The notes beneath the pieces were generated by a model. The model did not search any database and was not told where the DNA came from. It saw nothing but the letters and a program-made list of their open reading frames with translations. DNA of 64,000 nucleotides from Candidatus Zixiibacteriota bacterium. Lineage in GTDB: Bacteria > RBG-13-66-14 > B26-G2 > WVWN01. The stretch is from NCBI GenBank assembly GCA_011773985.1, contig WVWN01000064.1, positions 32,580 to 96,579 of the forward strand, given 5' to 3'. Made by a program: the position numbers and the translations under genes. Of the stretch, positions 19,419 to 27,784 are shown piece by piece. Position 1 is the stretch's first letter. Every line of letters begins with the position of its first letter.

Positions 19419-20201
19419 CTAACGATACAGCGCCTTCACCTTCCCCACGGACGCTGGCGCGACGCCCACGACTTCTATGTCTACTTTATAAATATACTGC
19501 GGCTTGTTGCGGTCCGCGGTCCAGAGGTACCCGCCGTCGAACCCAACCGCGGCGCACGAGCCGCCGGGCGCGGCGAACGACGCTACGAACGTGCTGCCCC
19601 CTATGTTCATGCCGTAAACGTAATTGTCCAGGCCGCCGGTCCAGAGCTGGTTGTTGTAATAAGCCGCGTCGGTGCGCCATACCTGCGGCACGGCGAAGGT
19701 CCCCACGAGGGTCCCAGCGGTAGTGTATTTACCGGCTTTCTTATCAACACCCTTGGGGCGCTCGTCGGTCCAGAGGTATTGGCCGTCCCAGCTTACGCTA
19801 ACGCTACTCCAGTATAAGATTTCTGAATGTGCTACGAACGCGCCCGCTTCCGAGCCGGCGGTCGTATATTTAACGTAGTGGTCGTATTTGTTCGTTCCGA
19901 CGGGTTGGTGGAATATGGTCCATAAGTATACGCCGTCGAACGCCAACGCGTACGCGGGGCCCCAACCGTGGTAAGGGAAACCGATCTCTTTTATTACGGA
20001 ACCGGTTTTAGTACACTTGAATACGCCTTTCCTTTCACCGGCTTCGTTATTAAGCCAGATATATTCGCCTTCGAAAGCGATACCGTTAACCCGGTTATAA
20101 GGCCCAGGTCCCTGCCACGAGGCGATTATTTGCCCCATGCCGGCATAAGTTACGGGACCCGACATAGTTATCGTGGTTAAGATCGTAATAACTTTTATCA
20201 T
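19419..20201 (-). CDS. Secreted beta-propeller-like repeat protein, paralog 1 of 3 (function unknown)
   Basis: Signal peptide; five repeats of a G(I/L)AF(D/E)G.Y(I/L)W(T/L) blade-like motif; KYTTAG(S/T) repeats; last 45 aa essentially identical in all three paralogs; AAGGGGGA Shine-Dalgarno site 7 nt before the ATG. Confidence 0.7.
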   Translation of the reverse strand: MIKVITILTTITMSGPVTYAGMGQIIASWQGPGPYNRVNGIAFEGEYIWLNNEAGERKGVFKCTKTGSVIKEIGFPYHGWGPAYALAFDGVYLWTIFHQPVGTNKYDHYVKYTTAGSEAGAFVAHSEILYWSSVSVSWDGQYLWTDERPKGVDKKAGKYTTAGTLVGTFAVPQVWRTDAAYYNNQLWTGGLDNYVYGMNIGGSTFVASFAAPGGSCAAVGFDGGYLWTADRNKPQYIYKVDIEVVGVAPASVGKVKALYR

Positions 20202-20225
20202 TTCATGTCCCCCTTTAGCGCGCGC

Positions 20226-21008
20226 TTAGCGAAACAGCGCCTTCACCTTCCCCAAGGACGCGGGCGCGACGCCCACGACTTCGATATCTACTTTATAAAT
20301 GTACTGCGGCTTGTTGCGGTCCGCGGTCCAGAGGTACTCGCCGTCGAACCCCACCGCGTAAGACGACCCACCGGGCGCCGGGAACGAGGCGACGACGTCG
20401 CCTCCTATAACGCCGCCGAAGACGGTGTCGTACGGGTACGACGTCCCGTACCAGAGCTGGTCGTTGTAGTACGCGGCGTCCGTACCCCATTTTCCGGGTA
20501 CGGAGAAAGTCCCGAGCAGGGACCCGGCGGTCGTATATTTACCGGCTTTCTTATCTACACCCTTGGGGCGTTCGTCGGTCCAGAGGTATTGGCCGTCCCA
20601 GCTTACGCTGACACTAGGCCAGTAAACGACGTCGGGATGCACAGCGAAGCCGCCTGCTTCCGAGCCGGCGGTAGTATATTTAACGTAGTGGTCGCGCCTT
20701 ACGGGCCCTGGTAGCGGAAAGTAAATAGTCCATAGGTACGTGCCGTCGAAGGCGAGGCCGTTAGACGGCCCCGAACCGTGGTAAGGGAAACCTATCTCTT
20801 TCACGACGGAACCGGACGTATTGCATTTCATAACGCTGCCGAATTCGCAATCGCGGTCTTTGAGCCATATATAATCGCCTTCGAAAGCTATGCCGTTTAT
20901 GCCGGTATGCTCGCCCGGCGCGGGCCACGACGTCAATACGTCGCCCATACCGGCATAGACTGCGGCGGCGAACAAAACCGCTACCGTTGTGAGTATTACC
21001 TTTTTCAT
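20226..21008 (-). CDS. Secreted beta-propeller-like repeat protein, paralog 2 of 3
   Basis: Same architecture; a 24-nt intergenic spacer holding the identical RBS arrangement separates it from paralog 1. Confidence 0.7.
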   Translation of the reverse strand: MKKVILTTVAVLFAAAVYAGMGDVLTSWPAPGEHTGINGIAFEGDYIWLKDRDCEFGSVMKCNTSGSVVKEIGFPYHGSGPSNGLAFDGTYLWTIYFPLPGPVRRDHYVKYTTAGSEAGGFAVHPDVVYWPSVSVSWDGQYLWTDERPKGVDKKAGKYTTAGSLLGTFSVPGKWGTDAAYYNDQLWYGTSYPYDTVFGGVIGGDVVASFPAPGGSSYAVGFDGEYLWTADRNKPQYIYKVDIEVVGVAPASLGKVKALFR

Positions 21009-21032
21009 TTCATATCCCCCTTTAGCGCGCGC

Positions 21033-21809
21033 TTAGCGAAACAGCGCCTTCACCTTCCCTACGGACGCCGGCGCGACGCCTACGACTTCTATATCTACTT
21101 TGTAGATATACTGCGGCTTGTTGCGGTCCGCGGTCCAGAGGTACTCGCCGTCGAACCCCACGGCGGCGCACGAGCCGCTGGGCGCCGGAAAGGACGCCAC
21201 TACCGAGCCGTTGAGCGTTACGCCGTATACTAAGCCGCCGCCGCCATAGTACCAAAGCTGCCTTTTGTAATAGGCCATATCCGAACCTACGCCCACCGTC
21301 ATCGGGAACGTCGCGACGAGGGTCCCGGCCGTCGTATATTTTAATTGGCTTTTGAACCGCCCGCCGTCGGTCCAGAGGTATCCGCCGTCCCAGGCTATGC
21401 CCACGCTCCAGTGATAGAGGCCTTGTTCCAAGAAACCCCCTGCGTAAGAACCCGTAGTCGTATATTTGCGGTGGGAGTCGAACGGGCCAGGCGCGTGCCA
21501 CTCTCGGTAGATCGTCCACAGGTATAAGCCGTCGAAAGTCACGCCGTAGGAGTATACGGACGGCGCCGGGTAAGGGAAATTTATCCTATCCACCAACGAG
21601 CCGCCTTTAGTGCATTTTAGTACCCGCTTATCTTCGTATTCCGAGTATTCGTCCTTGAGCCATATATATTCCCCTTCGACGGCGATGCCGTTTATGCGCG
21701 GGTAAGGTAGCGAAGGCACCGGCCAAGACGTCAATACGTCACCCATAGCCGCGTAGGCCGTAGCCGCTAAAATAGTCGCCGCCGCCAACTTCAACGTTAT
21801 CTTTTTCAT
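21033..21809 (-). CDS. Secreted beta-propeller-like repeat protein, paralog 3 of 3
   Basis: Likely start is the internal ATG (MKKITLKLAAATILAATAYA signal peptide) preceded by GGGAGGATAACC; the longer track ORF to 21902 has no RBS and a non-signal N-terminus. Confidence 0.65.
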   Translation of the reverse strand: MKKITLKLAAATILAATAYAAMGDVLTSWPVPSLPYPRINGIAVEGEYIWLKDEYSEYEDKRVLKCTKGGSLVDRINFPYPAPSVYSYGVTFDGLYLWTIYREWHAPGPFDSHRKYTTTGSYAGGFLEQGLYHWSVGIAWDGGYLWTDGGRFKSQLKYTTAGTLVATFPMTVGVGSDMAYYKRQLWYYGGGGLVYGVTLNGSVVASFPAPSGSCAAVGFDGEYLWTADRNKPQYIYKVDIEVVGVAPASVGKVKALFR

Positions 21810-21819
21810 GGTTATCCTC

Positions 21820-21955
21820 CCGAAAAAATAAGCGCGCCCCGGGCAAACGCCGCCGAGGCGCCATCTGGCATTTCTTTTGGGCCGATTTTTTTCTCTCCGC
21901 ACCGGCTCCCCCTCGCAGCCGTCTATAGTTTAAACCCTCGTTCGGTATTTGTCAA
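21820..21955 (-). promoter_or_regulatory. Candidate promoter (TTGACA-N17-TAAACT, minus strand ~21955-21927) plus leader with imperfect hairpin and U7 run (~21865-21820) ahead of the paralog-3 RBS
   Basis: Read on the minus strand: ...agTTTGACAaataccgaacgagggttTAAACTatagacgg...GCGCCucggcggcguuugcccggGGCGCgcuuAUUUUUUcGGGAGGauaaccAUG. Confidence 0.3.
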
Positions 21956-21969
21956 ACTAAAAGTGGGCG

Positions 21970-23004
21970 CTAAGCGGCCCCGGCCCGGGCGCGGCCGCGG
22001 TCCCGCCGCAGCCGGAACGAGAAGTGGTCCCCCACGTTCTCGGCCAGAAGCTGCCAAAAGCCCTTATCTAAGTACGAGCGGATGGCGACGTAGCACTCGT
22101 CGCACTCGTTGTTGGCGGCGAACTCCGCCACGAGCTTGCGCTGCTCGAGGTACTTGCAGAAGTGCATCGAGCACGGTTGGAGGTAGCCGTCCGCGGTGAC
22201 GACGAGGAAGCGCAGCCCCGCGGTGCAGTTCGGCGTCCCGCCGCGCTCGAAATATTTATAGGTATCCTCGAGCGTCGTGCACGAGTTTACGATGCGGCCT
22301 CGCGGGTCGTCCTCCTTGCGCGCGAGCAGGACGTCGAATTGTCGCCGGAGCTCGGCCAACTCGTCGGCCTCGGTTATCATATAGGACATGTCGCCGGTCC
22401 GCCGCGGCGAGTACGCGCTGAACGACACGTTGACGCCCCATTCGTCCGCGAGGTCCGTTATGTCGTTTATATATTTATAATTCTCGCGCGTTATGGCGGT
22501 GTTGAGGACGACGTCGTCGAAGCCGAGCGCGGCGAGGCGCGGCAGGAGCGCCTCGAGGTGGGCGAAGAGGCCGGGGTGGCGGCGGAAGTCGTCGTGGCGC
22601 GCGTCCGGGAAGTCGAGCGATACCGAGAACTGGTCCACGCCCGCGCCGCGCAGCGCCAGGTACTTCCCCTCGGTCATCAGCGAGGCGTTGGTGACGAAGA
22701 CGGTGTAGGGGAGGCCGCCGGCGCGTTGGGCCGCCCGCACGCAATCTACTACGTCGTCGCGGAGGAGCGGCTCGCCGCCGGAGATCTGGATGGCCCCCGG
22801 GTGTAGGACCTTCATCCAGCGGCGGATGCCGTCGGGCGTGATGCGGTTGGGCTCGTCGACCGGGCCGCCGTGGTCGCAGTGGCGGCAGTTGCAAGTGCAG
22901 GCGTTCGTGACCTCGAACGAGACGACGAGCGGCCGGCGCGCGAACCAGTTGGCCGCGCACTGCCCTATGACGAGGCAGGATTCGACGAAAGACGTCCGTT
23001 TCAT
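21970..23004 (-). CDS. Radical SAM enzyme with C-terminal SPASM/twitch-like auxiliary Cys cluster
   Basis: CxxxCxxC as ACTCNCRHC (with an extra Cys), GGEP SAM-binding motif (ISGGEPLL), C-terminal ...PNCTAGLRFLVVTADGYLQPCSMHFC...NNECDECY resembling SPASM/twitch spacing. Confidence 0.75.
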   Translation of the reverse strand: MKRTSFVESCLVIGQCAANWFARRPLVVSFEVTNACTCNCRHCDHGGPVDEPNRITPDGIRRWMKVLHPGAIQISGGEPLLRDDVVDCVRAAQRAGGLPYTVFVTNASLMTEGKYLALRGAGVDQFSVSLDFPDARHDDFRRHPGLFAHLEALLPRLAALGFDDVVLNTAITRENYKYINDITDLADEWGVNVSFSAYSPRRTGDMSYMITEADELAELRRQFDVLLARKEDDPRGRIVNSCTTLEDTYKYFERGGTPNCTAGLRFLVVTADGYLQPCSMHFCKYLEQRKLVAEFAANNECDECYVAIRSYLDKGFWQLLAENVGDHFSFRLRRDRGRARAGAA

Positions 23005-23155
23005 CTCTATATCACCTTACAAGAGCGTAGTAATGAACCGGCGTATTATAACAAAGGCGCGGCGCTTAAATCAACGGCGGCGACATTCCGACGAGGCGCC
23101 GCTTACGAAAAACTAGCCACGGGGGCTAGATATTTTCGGGGGGGTCGGCCGGCGT

Positions 23156-23935
23156 TCACTTCTTCGGCGGGAGCCAGTTTACGACGAAGACGTTCTCGAG
23201 CGCGGCCATGTTCTCCGCGGGCGCCACCTCCACCTCGGCGAACATCGAGTCGAAGGGCCGGTCGACGGCGCGGACGTAGCCGACGATGAGGCCTGGCGGG
23301 TATAGGCGGCTCGTGCCCGCGGTGACGACCAGGTCGCCCACCTTGACCTCGGCGGTGCGGGGCAGGTGGGCCATGTGGCCGCCGCCGTCGGCGTCGGCGT
23401 AATATACGCCCACGGCGCCCGTGGCCGCGTGCGCCGCCGCTACCCGGACGCGCTCGCTCGTGATTAGCTCCACCTCGGCCGCGGTCGGCGTCACGCGCGT
23501 AACGCGACCTACGAGGCCGTCGATGCCGACGACGGGCATGCCCGCGGCGACGCCGTCCCGCCGGCCGGCACCCACGGCCGCCGTCGCGAGCCACGTCTCG
23601 GCCCGGCGCTCGAAAACGCGCGCGTACGTCAGCTCGTACGGCGTCACTATTCCGTAACCCTGCAACGCGCGCAGGGCGTCGTTCTCGCGTTTGTATTGTT
23701 CGGCGCGCCCCAAAAGCATCGAACGCCGCGCGAGGCGCTCGGCGAGTTCGGCGCGCATCTCTTGGCCTTGCTCGAGCTCTTTTATGAACGACGAGAGTTT
23801 ATAGGCCGGCGTATTGGCCAAGACGAGGAGCGCCCGCGCCTCGATGCGGCCCGTCGAGTCCAATACGACGAGCGCGGTTGAAGCGGCCGCCAATGACAGC
23901 GTCGTCAACGCTTTGGAATTAAGGGGGACGCGCAT
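23156..23935 (-). CDS. mreC: Rod shape-determining protein MreC
   Basis: N-terminal TM plus coiled coil, C-terminal MreC beta-domain (…GLVGRVTRVTPTAAEVELITS…PPGLIVGYV). Confidence 0.75.
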   Translation of the reverse strand: MRVPLNSKALTTLSLAAASTALVVLDSTGRIEARALLVLANTPAYKLSSFIKELEQGQEMRAELAERLARRSMLLGRAEQYKRENDALRALQGYGIVTPYELTYARVFERRAETWLATAAVGAGRRDGVAAGMPVVGIDGLVGRVTRVTPTAAEVELITSERVRVAAAHAATGAVGVYYADADGGGHMAHLPRTAEVKVGDLVVTAGTSRLYPPGLIVGYVRAVDRPFDSMFAEVEVAPAENMAALENVFVVNWLPPKK

Positions 23936-23937
23936 AT

Positions 23938-24807
23938 TTATTCCGTCGCGGTTGTCGTGGCCCAGTAACCCCGCGACGTAAGTTCGGCTACGGCCTTTTT
24001 AGCTTTTTCCTCGTCGGCGGCCGGCGTCACGAACGCCCCCCCCGAGCCGCTAAGGCGCGCGGCGTCAAAGCCGAGGTCGACGAGAGCGCTTTTGAGTTCG
24101 TTGAGGAAGCGGAAGGCGCGGCAGGCGGGCGCCTCGAGCGAGTTTTTTCCCGCGGCCCACCACGCCGCGGCGGGCTGCTCGAGGCGAGCAATTACCTCCC
24201 ATAGGGCGGTAGCCTCGCGCACGTATTCGTCGGGCGTTAGCGCGCCGTAGACGCGCGCGGTTGAAACGCTCCGCCGCGGCGCGGCGACTAGCAGGCGTAC
24301 GCCGGCGGGCCCGCGCAAGCGCGTGACGAGTTCGCCCCGGCCGGCCGCGAAGGCCCAGCTGTTTTTAAGGAAGAAAGGCACGTCACTGCCGAGGCGGCGC
24401 GCGAGCCGCCAAAGGCCGTCTTCGCCTAGCGGCCTGCCGAAGTGCTCGTTCAAGGTTTTCAACGTGGCCGCGGCGTCGCTCGAGCCGCCGCCCAGGCCCG
24501 TGCCGACCGGGATTTTTTTCGCGATGTGGATTCGGACCGCGGCCTTTATCTGCGCTGCCCCGAGTAAGGCCGAGGCCGCCTGGCCGGCAAGATTCTTCTC
24601 GCCTTCGGGAACGCCCGCCCCGTCGGAGCTAACGTGGACGCCCCGGCCGCCCTTAACTTGTATCGCCAGCGAGTCCGCGAGCGCGAGCGGTGCCAACACG
24701 GTCGCGACGTCGTGGTAGCCGTCGGCGCGGCGCCCCGCGACGAGAAGGCAAACGTTCACCTTGGCCGGCGCGCCGGTTTCAATTTCCGCTTCCTCAGTCG
24801 CAGCCAT
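23938..24807 (-). CDS. ispE: 4-diphosphocytidyl-2-C-methyl-D-erythritol kinase
   Basis: GHMP kinase motif KKIPVGTGLGGGSSDAAATL; 289 aa. Confidence 0.85.
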   Translation of the reverse strand: MAATEEAEIETGAPAKVNVCLLVAGRRADGYHDVATVLAPLALADSLAIQVKGGRGVHVSSDGAGVPEGEKNLAGQAASALLGAAQIKAAVRIHIAKKIPVGTGLGGGSSDAAATLKTLNEHFGRPLGEDGLWRLARRLGSDVPFFLKNSWAFAAGRGELVTRLRGPAGVRLLVAAPRRSVSTARVYGALTPDEYVREATALWEVIARLEQPAAAWWAAGKNSLEAPACRAFRFLNELKSALVDLGFDAARLSGSGGAFVTPAADEEKAKKAVAELTSRGYWATTTATE

Positions 24808-25636
24808 CGTCCTCCGGCCCCGCAGGCCACGTTTCCAGGATGGTGACGCCTTCGGGCGGCGTCGTCGAGAACGCTTCCTCTTCCATCGGGACGTTCACTT
24901 CGAATTTTCTAACCGAGACTTCCGCGATTTGGTCTTCGGTCTTGATGCTTATTGCGAAGGCCGTCGAGAACCCGGCGTCGTCGCGCCAGTCGTCGTAGGT
25001 AACGTCGAGCGCGATCTCGTCGTCTTCGTAAACGCGCGCGTTCAATACCCGAAGCGGGTCTTGCGCCAACGTCAACCGCTGGAGCAGCCCGCCGTCCGAC
25101 GCCCGGGACCACGTCAGCGCGACCGCCCCCGGACCGGCGGGCGAGACGTTAACGTCGAACGTGCCGGCGTTGACTTCCTCCGCGTATAGCGGCGGCCGAC
25201 CCGCCAACCACTCCAGCCCTTCGCAGAGGTCGCGAGCCGAATCCTCTTCGGGGGAGGCGGCGAAACGTTCTTCAACGTAGGCCCCCCCGACGGCGACTTT
25301 TTCGAGCGGGTAATATACGAGAAAGTCCTCGGCCTGAGCCGTGAGCACCAACAAAGTACCGGCCAGCGGTGCCGAGAGCTCGAGGCGGCTCCGGTCGGGC
25401 AGGACGCGGCCGAAGGCTACGTTGAAAGTGCCTTCGCGGGAGCCGTATAATTTGACGGTAGCACTTCCGCGGAAGCTCGTGACCGCTTCGCGTTGGCCTT
25501 CCAGTAAGGCCGAGTAATCGGCGGCGGTTATCGGCGCGTCGCCGCCCGACGCCGGCAGGGCCGCTGACGTACAGGCGCACACGGCCGCGAGGGCCCCGCG
25601 CGCCAAGCAACGACGTGCGGTTTCAGGGTGTGGCAT
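24794..25636 (-). CDS. Hypothetical secreted or lipoprotein
   Basis: Signal-like N-terminus, no recognisable catalytic motifs; possibly a LolA/LolB-fold lipoprotein (weak). Confidence 0.4.
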   Translation of the reverse strand: MPHPETARRCLARGALAAVCACTSAALPASGGDAPITAADYSALLEGQREAVTSFRGSATVKLYGSREGTFNVAFGRVLPDRSRLELSAPLAGTLLVLTAQAEDFLVYYPLEKVAVGGAYVEERFAASPEEDSARDLCEGLEWLAGRPPLYAEEVNAGTFDVNVSPAGPGAVALTWSRASDGGLLQRLTLAQDPLRVLNARVYEDDEIALDVTYDDWRDDAGFSTAFAISIKTEDQIAEVSVRKFEVNVPMEEEAFSTTPPEGVTILETWPAGPEDDGCD

Positions 25637-25640
25637 CGGC

Positions 25641-26126
25641 TTAGAGGTATTCTACGTCCACGTTCGCTATTTTAACCTCGACTAGGGCTATGCTCGCGCG
25701 CCCCGTGACCCAACCGCCGAGTTCGCCCGGGCATATCACCAACGATTCGCCGTGTTCGACGCGGACGTGGTGATCGTGGCCGAAGGCTATGAGGTCGTAA
25801 CCGGCGCCGACCGCAGCTTCGCGTGCGAGGCGAGGTTTGTGCGTTATAAGCATCGAGAAGCCGTTGAAGGTGAAGCGGTAGGGGTCGGGATTGAGATCGC
25901 CTATGACGGCGTACGCCTTTTTAAGGGCGGGCCGGTCGCCGTCGTTGTTGCCGAAGACGCCGCGGAGGGGGGCGTTGAGTTTGCGGAACGACTCGGCCGT
26001 GAACGGCGCAACGTAATCGCCGCAGTGCACGACGAGGTCGGCGCCCCACCCGTTTATAACGGCGACGGCGCGCTCGATCATGCGGAGGTTATCGTGAGAG
26101 TCGGCTACGACCGCGATACGGTCCAT
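25641..26126 (-). CDS. YfcE/MJ0936-family metallophosphoesterase
   Basis: DxH...GD...GNND...H...GHxH motifs (VVADSHDN, HCGDYV, GNNDGD, GHDHH), 161 aa. Confidence 0.75.
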   Translation of the reverse strand: MDRIAVVADSHDNLRMIERAVAVINGWGADLVVHCGDYVAPFTAESFRKLNAPLRGVFGNNDGDRPALKKAYAVIGDLNPDPYRFTFNGFSMLITHKPRLAREAAVGAGYDLIAFGHDHHVRVEHGESLVICPGELGGWVTGRASIALVEVKIANVDVEYL

Positions 26127-26269
26127 AGGAGAATCGCCAATATGATAATAGGGCTTGGGGCATTAGTCAAGGGGCGCGCGAGGGCGGTCGCGGCGTTTAA
26201 AAGTAAATTGGCTTGCGAGGGCGCAAGGCGTATGTTAGTATGACCAAAATATCATTTACCGAAAGGTAG

Positions 26270-27319
26270 GTGGCCTTGAACGCTTTTTCTAAGGTTCAGC
26301 ATTTCTTCTCTACCGTAACGCCGGATATCGCGATGGACCTCGGCACGGCGAACACGCTCGTCTACGTTCGCGGCCGGGGCATCGTGATAAATGAGCCCTC
26401 GGTGGTTGCGCTGGATCACGCGAAACGCGAGGTCCTCTCCGTAGGCCACGGTGCCAAGGAGATGTTGGGTAAAACGCCCGACTCCATCTTGGCGATACGG
26501 CCCATGAAGGATGGCGTCATCGCCGATTTCCGTCTCGCTGAGGAGATGATAAAACATTTCATTCGCGCGGCGAGAGGGCGGCGGGGCGTTTTCCGCCCGC
26601 GCGTGGCGATATGCGTTCCCAAGGGCATAACGGACGTGGAGAGGCGCGCGGTGCGCGATTCCGCGCTTCACGCCGGCACGCGGGAGGTCATCCTCGTGGA
26701 GGAACCCATAGCCGCGGCCATCGGCGTGGGCCTCCCCATCCACGAGCCGCGCGGCAGCATGGTCGTAGACGTGGGCGGCGGCACGACCGAGGTTGCGGTC
26801 CTCGCGCTCGAGGACATAGTGACGAGTACCTCCATCCGCGTCGCGGGAGACGAGATCGACGAGGCGATAGATAATTATTTAAAAAAAGCTTACAATCTTT
26901 TGGTGGGGGAGCAGACCGCCGAGAAGATAAAGAAGACGGTATGTTCCGCTTACCCGCTGGAGCGCGAGGAGCACATGTCGGTGAAGGGGCGCGACCTAGT
27001 GGCCGGGATTCCCAAGACCTTGACCATCTCCTCGCGGGAAATGCGGGAGGCCATCCGCGAGCCTTTGAGCCAAATAATCGGTGCGGTTAGGAATACCCTC
27101 GAGCAAACGCCCCCCGAGCTGGCCTCGGACATCATCGACGGCGGCGTCGTGCTCTGCGGGGGAGGTTCGCTGTTGCGGGGCCTCGACTTAGCCTTGAATA
27201 AGGAAACGAACCTGACGATGAGGCTCGCCGAGAACCCGTTGACGTGCATCGTGTTGGGGACGGGGAAAGTGTTGGAGGACCCGAAGAAATACGATAAGGT
27301 TATAATCCGCGAAATATAG
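26270..27319 (+). CDS. mreB: Rod shape-determining protein MreB
   Basis: DLGTANTLVYVRGRGIVINEPSVVA actin-fold N-terminus, 349 aa. Confidence 0.9.
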   Translation: MALNAFSKVQHFFSTVTPDIAMDLGTANTLVYVRGRGIVINEPSVVALDHAKREVLSVGHGAKEMLGKTPDSILAIRPMKDGVIADFRLAEEMIKHFIRAARGRRGVFRPRVAICVPKGITDVERRAVRDSALHAGTREVILVEEPIAAAIGVGLPIHEPRGSMVVDVGGGTTEVAVLALEDIVTSTSIRVAGDEIDEAIDNYLKKAYNLLVGEQTAEKIKKTVCSAYPLEREEHMSVKGRDLVAGIPKTLTISSREMREAIREPLSQIIGAVRNTLEQTPPELASDIIDGGVVLCGGGSLLRGLDLALNKETNLTMRLAENPLTCIVLGTGKVLEDPKKYDKVIIREI

Positions 27320-27394
27320 CGGCCGATACTCAGGACGTAAAGGAAAACCCGCCCTCATCGAGGGGCGGGTTTAGCCGCGATTGCCGGTGACTTT

Positions 27395-27784
27395 TTACTT
27401 CGCGATCGCGGAAACGCGCTCGAGCAGTTCCCGTTTGCCGAACGGTTTGGTGATGTAATCCGCGGCGCCCTGCTGGAGGGCGAACATCTTGTCGTAAATC
27501 TCGCCTTTAGCCGTAAGTATAACCACGGGGATGTCGGCGGTCTCGGGATTGGACCGCAAGAGCCTAAGTACTTCCCAGCCGTCGACCAACGGCATCATCA
27601 GGTCCAACAGGATTAAATCAGGGCGGAAGGAATAGACCTTCTCCAGGCAGTCGTCGCCGTCGGCGGAACTCTCGGTCTCGTAACCGGCTTGCTCGAGAGT
27701 AAAGGAGACGACTTGCCGGACGCTCTCCTCGTCGTCAACTACGAGTATTTTTTTCTTCACGCCCCCTATCCTCCGGCCGTTCAC
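27395..27784 (-). CDS. Stand-alone response regulator receiver (CheY-like)
   Basis: KKKILVVDDEESVRQ...PDLILLDLMMP...TAKG motifs; 50-nt overlap with the upstream EAL gene, so the true start is probably the internal GTG (VKKKIL). Confidence 0.75.
   Translation of the reverse strand: MNGRRIGGVKKKILVVDDEESVRQVVSFTLEQAGYETESSADGDDCLEKVYSFRPDLILLDLMMPLVDGWEVLRLLRSNPETADIPVVILTAKGEIYDKMFALQQGAADYITKPFGKRELLERVSAIAK

Noticed and set aside
21810-21902. N-terminal extension of paralog 3 in the ORF track (MRREKNRPKRNARWRLGGVCPGRAYFFGRIT...)
   Set aside because: No RBS, a basic non-signal sequence and overlap with the leader hairpin; the internal ATG with GGGAGG RBS and a signal peptide matches the other two paralogs.
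22162-22806. 214-aa plus-strand ORF
   Set aside because: Antisense to the radical SAM/SPASM gene.
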